From Parasitella parasitica NRRL 2501 (lineage: Eukaryota; Fungi; Mucoromycota): a stretch of 41,911 nucleotides of DNA. A model generated the notes under the pieces. The model saw only the letters and a program-made list of their open reading frames with translations. It made no database searches and had not been told where the DNA came from. How positions within the stretch are numbered: position 1 is the stretch's first letter; each line of letters begins with the position of its first letter. This document shows positions 1-11,620 of the stretch, in pieces. A program made the translations under genes and the position numbers. Location: the NCBI GenBank assembly GCA_025201805.1, contig MU619348.1:66927-108837 (forward strand), given 5' to 3'.

Positions 1-596
1 TTATCCACATAACATCTGATGTTTGACAAGAAGTGTCAAACCTTATTAAATCACAGCATTTCCAGGACAGACCTATCTTTCTATTTTACATTAAAGAGAA
101 GATTGGGTAGGATGTCTTCCCGACATCCCGCGATCTGATCTAGATGATGTATTCTTTGAATAAGCCCGGAACCTTGCAAGAGGTCCAATTACAACTTGTA
201 GCTTATTCCTTATTTGTAAAAGAATTACCAGCAATTAATAACAATGATCCGTGCATTATGACTAAGTTAGATATGACATATGTAGCCTTTATATGGATAC
301 AACAAGTATATTATAAGTTAACAGCAGAAAAAATACGCATGTTAAAAAAATTGATACGCTGCGGTGCTTGTTCGTGAAATATTTAGATAGATTTTGGGTA
401 CTTTCTAAGAAATATACAAGGTGTACGAGGAATGACCTAATATATTTGGTGTTGCAATAATGTTCTTGATAAATTATAGATTTGTGAAGAATCTCAGCGA
501 TATAAATAAACCAAATGGATAAAAAGTATGCTATAAATTATTTAGACGGAAGAAAGCCCCTGTTTTATTTTAGCCATGTGTCGTTTTGACATGTAA

Positions 597-1230
597 GAGC
601 ATCTCCAACGGTGATGCTAAACAAAAAGCCATTTAAAGCACCTTTTATTTTTTACTACCCGAAAATTTTTTGTCTGCTTTTTTGGAAGTGCTAATTTGAT
701 ACGAAAATTTTAGAAATCAAGCGATCTAATTCTCATAAATCATCATTTAAATGGTTGTTTTCGATGGACATTTTGATATAATATTTGTTCAAATTAATTA
801 AGGGTGTGTAATATCTGAGATTATGTAATTGAGGTTTTCTGAAATAATATGATATTGATTTATCGATAAAATATATGGAGTATTTATACTATTTGATATT
901 CGGTTAAAATATTATGTTTTGGTTATTCAGTTATATATATATATTTGACATGGTTAAGAAGGGCCTTGATACCAGAAAGATAATGGTAACTACCCACTGG
1001 CCTTGGTTCGCGGTTAGGGAATCATCTTGGAACACCTCGAGGGTTACCACCAACACAAATTTCAATATAGCTTTTTCAAAAATAACGGCCAAATTTGGCT
1101 TCCTGGCAATCTTATTTTAGCTTTTGCTAAATATGGCACCCTGTTTACCTGGTCCGTTGGAGACCGTTTTTATTTATTTGGAGGTATTTTGGGAAATTTT
1201 GGGAAATTAGCACCTCCGTTGGAGATGCTC
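597..1230. mobile_element. Non-autonomous PIF/Harbinger (Tourist-like) MITE, 634 bp
   Basis: Left end GAGCATCTCCAACGGTGATGCTAA (597-620) matches the reverse complement of the right end, GAGCATCTCCAACGGAGGTGCTAA (1207-1230), at 22/24 positions. TAA flanks both sides (594-596, 1231-1233), the TSD typical of PIF/Harbinger. Interior is AT-rich and non-coding. Confidence 0.9.
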
Positions 1231-1753
1231 TAACCGCTAGAACTATATATAACATTTAAAACCTTGATTCATTTTTTTAGTAAAGTCCGTTCAGGAGCAT
1301 CTTCTTATTATGGTAACTTTCGATTCAAATCCCGAAAACATGGCTGCATGACAAAATTCACTTATACCCGTAACAAAATAAAAAAATAAATGAGGCGAAG
1401 TGGTAAATGACAATGGTGTGTAATCTCTGGTGCTCGAGTTCGATACAGTTAGAACGAAGTGTTTTGAATTAAATTCAAAAAAGTGGTGTGCGTAGATAAA
1501 ATCAGGACTCTTGCCAAGTGTGTAATTTGCAGACACCTTTGTTTTAATGAAATATTGAACTTTGAATAGTGCTTTAATAAAGTATTGATATGGATATAGA
1601 TGGTTAATGTATATACTTAAAAAAAGAAAATAAGGTATACTTGATATGTACGGGCCGAGTATAATAAAATATTACAAAAGGTGAATGAATAAAGTAATGG
1701 CTTTTTGAGGGGTAAGATATTTGTGTCTGCGCTATGAATTCACTGTTTGGTTC

Positions 1754-3315
1754 TTAAGTATGATCTTCTTGGCTGACTACAAACAAATAAAATGGCACAG
1801 GACCAAGGTAGTCCTCAATAGATTGAATTTCTATGATATTGTTAGATACAAGGAACGATGGTCCTGTTTTTTTTACAAGGTCTATATACATACTCCAAGT
1901 CTGGGCAATGCTATTAAAATGAGGCATAAACTCTCTCTGAGGCACATACAAGTTGAATTCTAAGTCTGCAAACACAGCAAATTCAAGGCTTCGGATGTCT
2001 TTAGGATTAACGCATAGTTCTGTTGAAATGGCCTGAATAGATAGATTAATAAATGAGCCTATAATCTCTAGTGTATGAATTATATGTACCTCCAAAAGAA
2101 TGTTGAAGTTTAGTCCTTTGGGTTCATTAACCTTGGTAGCCAGGAACAGACAACAAGCTAGACCACATATGAATGAAATGTGGATGATTAAGCCATGATC
2201 AACTTACCAGCCAATAGCTTGCGATTTTGTTTGATGACTATTTGCTTTTGAATCAACTTTTCAAAATATACAAACGCGTGGGCAACGCTAGATATTTCCA
2301 AGTCAATCTGCTTGCCAATGTTGAGGAGGTGGTTCTTGATTGATTTGATCTTTGTAAACGATATTTGGACGCCTGGATGCGATTGATGAAAGAGGTCATT
2401 TAGCTTCTGTTTATTCGAAAAGGCCGATCTCGTGATAGTGTTTGTTTGCTGCTGTGGTGGGCGTAAATCATCGTTTATGTAGTACGGATCATACTCTAGC
2501 TTTTGCAGCTGGGGCAGAGCTAGGCTATGAGTATTGTCCTCTGTCACTTGGTCTTTGTCTTCGTCTTCGCTGACATGCAAAAGATATTGGTCGTAAGATA
2601 TGCCCTGTCTGTGCTTTCCATTCATGATTGATACATGTTGGTGAAAATAGCTGGGATAATGACGATGATAGTAGTGCAGATCCGCCTTTCTTTTGGGCTG
2701 TCTGATGATCCTTTTGTAGTAGCGAAATACAGACATAAAGCTCATGGATGCAGGTGCTTCAGACTATATACGTGTACAATTAAATTAGTGCGAACAAAAG
2801 TGAGTATACTCAAGTAAGTGTGCCCATACATTGCTTGCGTGATGCTCTGATCTGCGCTTGACTTTCTCGGATGCAATAGGGCGCTGACTGTCTTCTCTTG
2901 TTAGCTTGTGCTGCACAATCTCTGAGGAGGATGTGTTGCTGTCACTGCTTGATAGTCGACGATGATAGAAGTTGTCAGACGTAGATGCCCTGCGATATCG
3001 TCTTCGTTCAATAGGCGTAAACCTTCTGGACGTGCTGACGGTCAGGTTAATTGGTGCATTGTCTTCCAAGGTCGAGTTTGAGTCCGATGATTCCACTAGA
3101 TAGCCTCTCGCTGGTGGAGTAACGGAAAGAGTGCCATACTGAGTGAAATTTGCGCTGCTAGCGTCATGATCAGGGTAGCCCGAGGCGGTTGGCGATACAA
3201 CCATGTCCTTTGGCTCTTCATGCTCGTTTCCCAGAGTAATGTTGGCAAGAAATGAAACTGCAGCCTGTCTGGAGGTGTTCCGTTTTGATGTGGTTCGTTT
3301 TTTGGCTGTTCCCAT
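1754..3315 (-). CDS. CABLES-like (CDK5/ABL1 substrate family) cyclin-box protein, 4 exons
   Basis: N-terminal RQAAVSFLANITLG resembles the CABLES N-terminal motif. C-terminal cyclin box reads ISFTKIKSIK...VAHAFVYFEKLI...KQNRKLLAACCLFLATKVNE...EFAVFADLEFNLYVPQREFMPHF. Inferred GT-AG introns 2764-2829, 2158-2207 and 2033-2089 join the ORF pieces in frame. Confidence 0.8.
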
Positions 3316-3712
3316 ACGCGCTTGTGGCCAGATTAAAAGAGAAAAGAATATAAAGAGAAGGGCGACCTATGTTTATGACGTAGAATGGTTTTGGACACAG
3401 AAACGTGAGCAATGCTGCTGTAACATGGATCTGTGTTAATTCACACATTGTCATTTGAAAAATTACTATTATGTGTAAACAATAATTTACGCCTTTTTCT
3501 CAAAATGGTATAGTTGCACAGAGGCATTATTGCACTGTCTTTTACAAGAGATAAGTAATAAAACATATAGTTCTCTCACCATCATGTTGATATATCATTT
3601 GTTTTATTTCTCTCGAGTTTGTTAATTGTGTGCCTGTTTGCGGGGATTGACCAAATAATCAACGTTGATTATGTAACAAACGCATATGCAGTGTCTATTC
3701 GTAGTGTACATT

Positions 3713-5247
3713 CTATAGTGATGCTCTTTCAGCAAACCCAATGCGTTTATTTTCGTTGTCATAGACGGAGACGTATTGCTGAAGAAACCCATAGCCGAGA
3801 ATCACGTCGACAAAGGGTGGGCTCTCTTGAAGATAAGTGTAGCAGTTCTCTTTGGAGTAGGAAAGCTGTGCGCAGTGAGATTAGTTTAAGCTTGCATGAA
3901 TAATACGTGCATGAATTTGACTTACAAGACCGCCTGTGATCAGATAATTCTCGGGTGTGATAGTAAATTTAGTATTGTTCATGGTGATGGAAATAACAGG
4001 CAAGTTGGGCGCTTGACATGGCACGATATACTGGCCAGAGAAGTCTCTACGAAGTCCCTTTACTCCTTTGAATACACGGCTGATGATCTCCCGGGGTAGA
4101 AAGACGAGCGTCGATCCGGTATCCACCATGCCAGCAATCTTTTTCTCGTACATTTTAGTGTAGTTTCCAACGGAAATAGCATCAATATCAACAGCCCAGT
4201 AATCCTGGCTGTCTGCATTAGTGATCTAGCATCTTTACATAAAGGCTACTCACTTTGAATTCTTCTTGTGTAGTCGTAGAAACATAGCTCACATTTCCCA
4301 CAATGTGTCTTTCTTGCACTGTAATACATGTGTATACATTTTTTTCTTAGTATAATGCGAATATCCTCTAATCAACAAAGAAGACCTACCGCCACCAAAT
4401 ACTATCTCGCCGTTGATACGCTTTTGCTCTCTTACGTTATGAGTCACTGGTTGAAAGTATACAGAAAATACATTATTGTCAATGATGCCTTCTTCAAACA
4501 TGGTAGTAACAAAAGTTGGGATTACTTTTTGCCCAGGATTATTGTAAATGCTCAAATTATCTGGCCCAAGCGCAAAAATGCCATCTATTACCAGTATATG
4601 GTTTCAATTCGACATGCAATACTTGTTAAGCACTACTTACCAGCCCCGTCCATTGTTAAATCGCCATCATTGTAATCAGACACTGCAAAATTCTAATGTG
4701 CATACAACAATGTCAAAATATATGGCAAGGCTTCTGGTTTAGAAAAAGTCAATCCTTACCACTTGGGGCACAGCGACATGGTTTATCGTCACCGTATCCT
4801 TTGCGTAATATCCTCTAGAAAATCCCTCTCCATATCGAATGCTAAATACCATATTGTCTGTATTGAAAGTCGAGGAATTTGAGGGAACTAAAGAATGTTT
4901 TGGATAGCCACAATAACGACCACAGCCTTGGATAGGCACCCATGTACTAGATGAGCCGGTATCTAACAGCAGTGTGAATAGCTGTGGGGGGGTTCCTGTA
5001 ATGTACATTTTAGTTGGCATTTCCTAGTGATATGATGGTTGTATATATGTATACCAATATGAATATCTATGAGATACGCTAAATCTACATTTTCTAGTGG
5101 CACATCAACAAGTGCACCCAGTTTCTTTCGCCCCCAAGCTGCAGCTTTTATGCCTTTCCGATCTACAGCTGTGAAAGGAATTGATACTAACTTTGAAGCG
5201 TATGCAGCTGCAATAGCGGTCGAAATGAGAAATACAATTGATTTCAT
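3713..5247 (-). CDS. Secreted pepsin-like aspartic protease (family A1), multi-exon
   Basis: Signal peptide MKSIVFLISTAIAAAYA. Both catalytic motifs present (LLLDTGSS, GMVDTGST), flap motif IRYGEG, and C-terminal VILGYGFLQQYVSVYDNENKRIGFA. Exons join in frame through short GT-AG introns (e.g. 4996-5054). Stop TAG at 3713-3715. Confidence 0.93.
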
Positions 5248-5589
5248 GAAGGAAGATGATTGCAAGAAGAAAAAAATAAAATAAAAAAGGCTAAATGCCC
5301 TGATTTTATACATGGAAATATCTCGAGAATGTCTTGTAGAGTTCAGTTTAAAAATCTACTACAAATGAAAACATTTCGTAGATCATCATCCAGCTATGGT
5401 ACGACGAAATGGCCTAACTCCCATACAGAAAAATGGACATTTACACTACTAAAAGGTCAAGAAAAACCAATCTTACAAGACTCATATTGAGAGAGAGAGA
5501 GGGTTCTTTGTGTATTACTATGTTGTGATTTTGATTTTTCTACACTATACTATCATATAATCCAAATATGCAAAAATAAATTGCAAACT

Positions 5590-6219
5590 TTACTCCTTTC
5601 TGGGCTTCTTGGACTTTCTGACACCACGGAACTTCTTCTCGCGGTTCTTCTTTTCCTTGCGCTGCTTACGGCCACCCTTGGGAGCTTCGGCGAGGCCAAT
5701 GCGAACAAGACGGTGCTTGGGCTCAAATTTCTTTAAGGACTCGACATTGTCGTAGATCAAGGCGAAACCAGTGGTCTTTCCGCCACCAAAGTGGGTCTTG
5801 AAACCAAAGACAGAGACAACCTCCTTGTCGGCCTTGTACATCTTGCCAATCTTGGAACGAAGTTCATCCTTGGAAACGTTGGCGAGTCCAGGATGGATAA
5901 CATCAACGACCATTTGCTTACGTTGGAGCAAACGGTTGGTAAGGAACTTGCGAGTTCTGATTGTAACAGCAGCGGTGTCGGCCTAAAATCAATAGATATG
6001 TGTTGGTTATTGTTTATTTCTATACAGAAATCCAGGCCCTCTCCATCTCTTTATATAATAAATGTGCATCTAGAGTCTGTAATTCCATTGTAATAAAGCT
6101 TGGGTCGTATAATATTTTATTCGTTATCCATACTAATCAAACTGCAGCTGATTATCGAGTTTCCAATATAACGAGATGGATGGGTTGGTTTCTCTGTTGG
6201 ATGCTTAGTTACATACCAT
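5590..6219 (-). CDS. RPS24: 40S ribosomal protein S24 (eS24)
   Basis: [28 protein letters not shown]...[20 protein letters not shown] is the eS24 signature. Main exon 5590-5982. The start codon sits alone on an upstream exon (aaaATG|gtatgt at 6217-6219), giving intron 5983-6216. Confidence 0.95.
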
Positions 6220-8655
6220 TTTGATATAATTGAGAGAAAGCTTCCCTTTACTGTGTCCTTTTGAATTAAATATTGGTTCGACACTGTGTAATCTGCTATC
6301 GCCCTTTCTCTGCTTTCAATAGTTCAATCATTCTCCGGTCCACTCTATGCTCTGTCCGGAGGCCATTTTACATTCTCAGATGTTTACACAAAGGCCAGTA
6401 AAGCTCCAAACAGGCTGCTTTCGATCATTTATGATGGAATCACTATCAGCTCTTATCGGATGTATTTAAAACAACCCAAAATTGTCTTATATTGATAACA
6501 GATTATGTTGCCAAATATTTGTAATTCCCATACCAAAAAAAAATAAAAAACAAAAAAAAACAATACAATGTTGTTATTCAACAAGCAAAAGCCATTGATC
6601 TTGCCCTAAATACATAGCTTCGTTTATAAATTTTTTTTTAAAAAAAAGTCTATCAGAAAACACTATTCTTCGTTCAGTTCAGATTTCATAATTGAACATT
6701 AATTATTTTACAGTATTTCCACTGCAACTTTGCAGAAATTAATTAATAACAATTTACCTGATATGTCATAAACAGAGTCGTGGCAATCGTGTAAATCTTT
6801 GAAGCGTATGCATGATCATTATATCACTACCATTGAAAATAAATCAAGTTATTTTTAAACCCGTAAATCTCGGATATTGATGGGCGAGCAATATTACTAC
6901 ATTCATTGTCATGAGCAATTATAGATGTCATATAAAATTCAGGGGTAGATCTTTTAAGGATACTCATGCAGAGTCGATCATAAATATTAGTATCTCCTCG
7001 GTTCTCTTTGTTCCTACAATGCCATCTAAAAGCATTAACTAAATACAACACAAAAAGTTAGTTCGTAAATAAGGCTTCATTATAATAAATGCTGTTTTTC
7101 TATTAGAAAGTTGCTTGTCTATTAACATATATTAACTGACTGGGTATCTACACCATATTCGAGCAAATTATTCAATATATTTTGCGAATTACATGTATTC
7201 TAGCAGAATGTGTATGAATGTATTTATACCATTCAATATTTACTTAATAAAATATAGTGGAACAATTAACATTTAACTGATTTGTGGACGAGAGCGAGAA
7301 TTTTTAGGTTACAACAAACTCTTTCAATAAACATTATAAGACGTTTACAACAATATCCATTTATATAATGGGAATGAAGCATGCCCTTTTATTTCTGCTA
7401 GTGTGAGATATATTCAAGTCTAAAAACTTACCCTAAGCTTTGTAATTGCTCGTCGTGATTATATAGGCAGAGACCAGTATGCATATATAGTATTTAACCA
7501 CTCTAAAAGAATGTCTCAAGATAAAGCATGATCAAGTTATTGACGTTAGGGACTGTTGCAACTTGACATGTGTTTAAAGTCTGGTAGATGTCAAATAAAA
7601 CGTCGATCAAATCTTTGTCTTGCAGATAATAATATATACTAACTTTGTTGATTTCAGGACGTGGAATTACATTTGATGATCCTTTAGGTGTCATGACATC
7701 CAAGTTCAAACAAGGAGCGACTAACTCCATACAAAATGTCGCTGCGCCACCCGGAAATTGTACAAATTAGGATTTCAAGCAGCGTTGTTTATGCTATCAG
7801 CAAATTTCAATACTCAAAAGTATATACAGATCGAATTGCCACATCATAGACATTTATTCTGTGGCAGTGATTTAAGTTTCTTGTGTCAATAATTTTTCGA
7901 TGATGGCTCGAGAGTCTATAATGAATAATCGGTCATTTTACTTGAATGTGTTTATTTTGTTGCTTTATGTCAACTTTTTGGACTTTTGGACAAAAAACTA
8001 ATCCTGTACACCTATAAATCTATAGAGCTGCCCCTCCTTTTTCTCAAAAACGACACATTTCTCAACATTGCTTTAGTAAATTGCAAATTCAGTATTTAGT
8101 TTCCGACTACTGCAGAAAACTTGCCATTACCATTGATGATTGAAACTTTTCAGGACAAACTATTACGGTATATAACAAACATTTTCATGTATATATACAT
8201 ATATGAAAAGGGTCTTAGCATTCAGACCAACTCTAAAAGTAATTTTTTATAATGAATTATACTAAAGAAGTGATGCGTTAATTCTTTAATAAGGTAAACG
8301 TCTTTTACATTCATTGTTTCAATCGGTACACGTGGAATAAGGTACGAGAATAAAGGAGGAGTAAGTAGCAACATAAAATGGTGCCATAATATAATATGGC
8401 CGTGAGCATATGGTCATTGTCCTTCTTTTCACTCTGACTCGTAAAATTCAGCACATGCCATCCATAAAATCTATAAATATATATTCCACCAAATGAACTA
8501 TTTTCATCTGTACATGTTGTATAATGAAGCTTAATTACCGTTCCATTATGTCGGTGTACAATCAATTGAAGATATAAAAAGGTGGGGTGAAAGAGTTGAT
8601 TGTCTTTTCTATACATCTTTCTTTCTTCCAGTACATAAAAATACCCATACATAAT

Positions 8656-9012
8656 ATGATTTTATCAAAGAAATTCACTTCAAAGCTTAGCAAACTCATC
8701 CCATGCTTCAAACCCTCTATAGACGAATTCGAATTTGTCACAATATCAAAACACAATCCAGACTCTCCAATCCAATTTGTTACCAATGTGAATTCAGGGC
8801 AACAACAAGACCAAAGAAAACAAACGAGTGGCAAAAACGACAGAAAGAAAAAACGAAGATCCGTGGTCTGTCCAGAAAATGATCTGGATCTCTATAAAAG
8901 AACCGGCCTGTTAGTCGCAGCGACCAAGACATGGAAAAAGGCCTATCACAGAAAGAAGCTGATGGCATTTCCCAATAAAAAGTTTGGAGAAATGGTATCA
9001 AATAATAGCTGA
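8656..9012 (+). CDS. Small basic hypothetical protein (~118 aa)
   Basis: Open single-exon ORF from ATG 8656, Lys/Arg-rich (KNDRKKKRRS), followed by an AT-rich 3' region. No family recognised. Confidence 0.5.
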   Translation: MILSKKFTSKLSKLIPCFKPSIDEFEFVTISKHNPDSPIQFVTNVNSGQQQDQRKQTSGKNDRKKKRRSVVCPENDLDLYKRTGLLVAATKTWKKAYHRKKLMAFPNKKFGEMVSNNS

Positions 9013-9208
9013 AAGGACATCAGCAGCAATATACATATATAGATATATATATATAAAAAGTAAAATAGACATCAATACATACACATTCAGTGAATAAAGA
9101 CATAATACCCCTTTCACATCATATATTGAATTGCTGCTCTTCAAAAATGAAAACGGACAAAATTTGCGCGTTTGTCAATTTCTTGTCTTGTTTTCTTATT
9201 TCTGTAAT

Positions 9209-10136
9209 ATGGAGCTTGATGAATACTATAGCATAGATTCCATTTTAGCTGAACAACAAGTAAAGCAAAAACAAAAAAAAACAAAAAAAAATTAAATAAA
9301 AACAGTTGTGAATTAATTGACTGAATACGCCCATGCAGAGGATACCCTGTATTGCACTCCATGATTATAGCAAAGAAGCCAATTTACATGGTGACCAGTC
9401 AGAGGTAAAGCGAATAATTAGTTTTTGTATATACAATGAGCATGGGCTTAAATCAGACATAGGTTAAAAGAGGCTCTCGTGTGGAGCTGCCGTACTGGAT
9501 AGCCAAACCAATGGCGCAATTTACGTACAGTATATCCATAACCATGGCATGTTTCACATACAATAGCAACTCATCCCTCATCTCACAATTAGATTACCCA
9601 CAGACGAGTTAAATAGCACTCAGAGTGCCGCAGATATGAAATAAATGGCTAATTTTTTTTTTCTTTTTTTCGCAATAGCTCACTTATATCCATCGAATTG
9701 CCCAAAACATACAACACCAAAGTTAGAAACGCTCTAGATGCAGGCGCAACCAATGTAGACTTGAAAATGCTGTGCCCATACTTTTATCTATTTGGAAAAA
9801 AACTGCTAGACTTGGTCGTAGATGACTCATTGACTGGTGTTCTCGAAAGAGCATTCAAACATAGATTGCGATATGTTATGGACTATTCACAATCAGCAGG
9901 ATCTGCCACTGGGCATTCGTTCGAGCTAAAGCTGGATGAAACTGAGAAAGAACGTAATGAGCTCTGAACACACTCGAGTGATATTGCTGCATGCTAACCC
10001 GTTCCTATTTGCTTTTTTTTTTTTTTTTTTTGTCACAGTGTACCGAGTGGGCCTAGAAAGCACAAAGCAATTTATACAGTGGCGAGACAGATCTGCCAAA
10101 CACATCCAGACTGTGGAGCTTGGTGCAAGATCTTGA
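9209..10136 (+). CDS. PSF3: GINS complex subunit Psf3, multi-exon
   Basis: MELDEYYSIDSILAEQQ|RIPC...VKRGSRVELPYWIAKPMA...ELPKTYNTKVRNALDAGATNVDLKMLCPYFYLFG...KLDETEKE|LYRVG...FIQW matches Psf3 motifs. Short GT-AG introns connect the pieces. Confidence 0.9.
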
Positions 10137-10298
10137 AACATTGCCTAACCCAATAAAATCTGTATAATCCAGAAACGTGACACTATTTCAATGTCCATAA
10201 CTCTTATAAATAGCAAGACATGCCATTTTCCCTTTTCGTCTTTTCCCTCTCTCTCTCTCTCTCTCTTTCATTCTTTCGACTTTTGACAAGCGCAGAAC

Positions 10299-11378
10299 AT
10301 GGCAGCATCTTCCACAGCGACTGCGGCTACTACGAGCAGCGATAGCCTCAGCACAGACACACCTCGCTTGATTCTGCGAACCTACAAAGCTAGCGACCAT
10401 GACCATGTGGACCATTTGTTTTACAGCACATACTTTACACTGGTGCCGGAGGGCGTAAAGTGCAAGCTCAAATCCCCAGTATTCTGGGTTCTGTGGATAG
10501 CGTTTTATTCCTATCTGTTGGGGATTGTGCCAATCTTGCTGTCCGGCATGAATTTGCCCTCCTGGTCGTCCACCGCTCTCAAGGTATTCTTGACATTTGC
10601 ATGGGCCGTTGTGTCCTTTGCAAGCATTTTCGTCGTGACGGACAGATTCGAAGTGGTGGATAAAGTAGAACAAGCACGTCAAAACGATCTTAGCGACCCG
10701 GAGATATACTATTTAAATTGGATCAAAAAAGAAGTTCAGGTAGACGACAACAACGAGAAGGCTGGCAAGAAACGTGTCACCTTTGACAAGGATGCCAAAC
10801 CTGCAACCGAACTCGTACGTACTCAAAAGCCATTGGAAGAACAAGCTCCTTCTCATTTCTGGGTGCTCACTTTGGACAACAGACCATGTGGCATGGTAGG
10901 ATTGGCTCATTTCAAGGAACAGTTGAAGAGCAACAGACCATTGCAACCTCCCGCCTGGAAATTACTCGCAGCATCAGCTTTAGCTAGATATCGTTTGCCT
11001 GTGCCAGAGTCACTACGAGATCTGCACGCAAAAATGCCTACGCCTGTTTTTGCTGAGCCTCATGACCCCAAGAAAGCTTCATTACAACGTCTTGCCATCA
11101 AAAGTGACTACCAAGGATGCAATCTATCGACGTTACTGATTAATCGTGCCATGTCATGGGCTGCCGAAAAGGGCTTGGAAACTGTAGAGGCAAAAACAAA
11201 CGAATTGGAATCAAAGGCAGCGAGCATTTTGAGCGTTCAGCATGGATTCAAACTAGTTAAGACTGAAAAAAAGGGTTGGTTTGGCCAGTTTGAAAAGACT
11301 TGGGCTTGTGATGTGAAGGAATGGATGGGTGCTCATGAGGATGGTGCGAGCACTTACGCCAAGAAAGTAAACGGATAA
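10299..11378 (+). CDS. Membrane-associated GNAT-family N-acetyltransferase (NAT8/camello-like layout)
   Basis: 359-aa single-exon ORF: LILRTYKASDHDHV start, two hydrophobic helices, FWVL...GMVGL, motif A LQRLAIKSDYQGCNLSTLLINRAMSWA, and motif B ending HGFKL. Confidence 0.8.
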   Translation: MAASSTATAATTSSDSLSTDTPRLILRTYKASDHDHVDHLFYSTYFTLVPEGVKCKLKSPVFWVLWIAFYSYLLGIVPILLSGMNLPSWSSTALKVFLTFAWAVVSFASIFVVTDRFEVVDKVEQARQNDLSDPEIYYLNWIKKEVQVDDNNEKAGKKRVTFDKDAKPATELVRTQKPLEEQAPSHFWVLTLDNRPCGMVGLAHFKEQLKSNRPLQPPAWKLLAASALARYRLPVPESLRDLHAKMPTPVFAEPHDPKKASLQRLAIKSDYQGCNLSTLLINRAMSWAAEKGLETVEAKTNELESKAASILSVQHGFKLVKTEKKGWFGQFEKTWACDVKEWMGAHEDGASTYAKKVNG

Positions 11379-11620
11379 CTATAGTATAACCGAATCTGAA
11401 TGATTTTCTGTACATATCAATAAAAAGTGGAGAGGGGTATTTCCCAAAAGCAATGATTTCAGAACTCTTTTCTCATGTCCAGCATGGATATATCGGCCGG
11501 TATAATTTGTTTCCGCAGATATTGTAAGTGTGATTTGTTGTGAATAAAAAATGCAAGGGTTTTTAATAATGAAGATTAAGCGTAAGTAGTAATTATGAAT
11601 ATGACGAATGAATATGTACA

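Noticed and set aside
1-9. TTATCCACA, identical to a bacterial DnaA box
   Set aside because: Single 9-mer in intron-containing eukaryotic DNA; chance match.
5983-6480. Possible snoRNA in or upstream of the RPS24 intron
   Set aside because: No clean RUGAUGA/CUGA pair or H/ACA architecture visible by eye; would need an Rfam/snoscan search.
6827-7730. Short minus-strand ORFs in the long RPS24 upstream region
   Set aside because: No recognisable motifs and no consistent splice chain; cannot separate from random or decayed sequence.
11376-11384. Stop-codon readthrough context (TAA CTA) after the GNAT gene, and cryptic PTS1 tails in genes near PEX5
   Set aside because: The stop is TAA rather than TGA and a second stop follows after one codon; no SKL-like extension was found here or after the aminotransferase stop.
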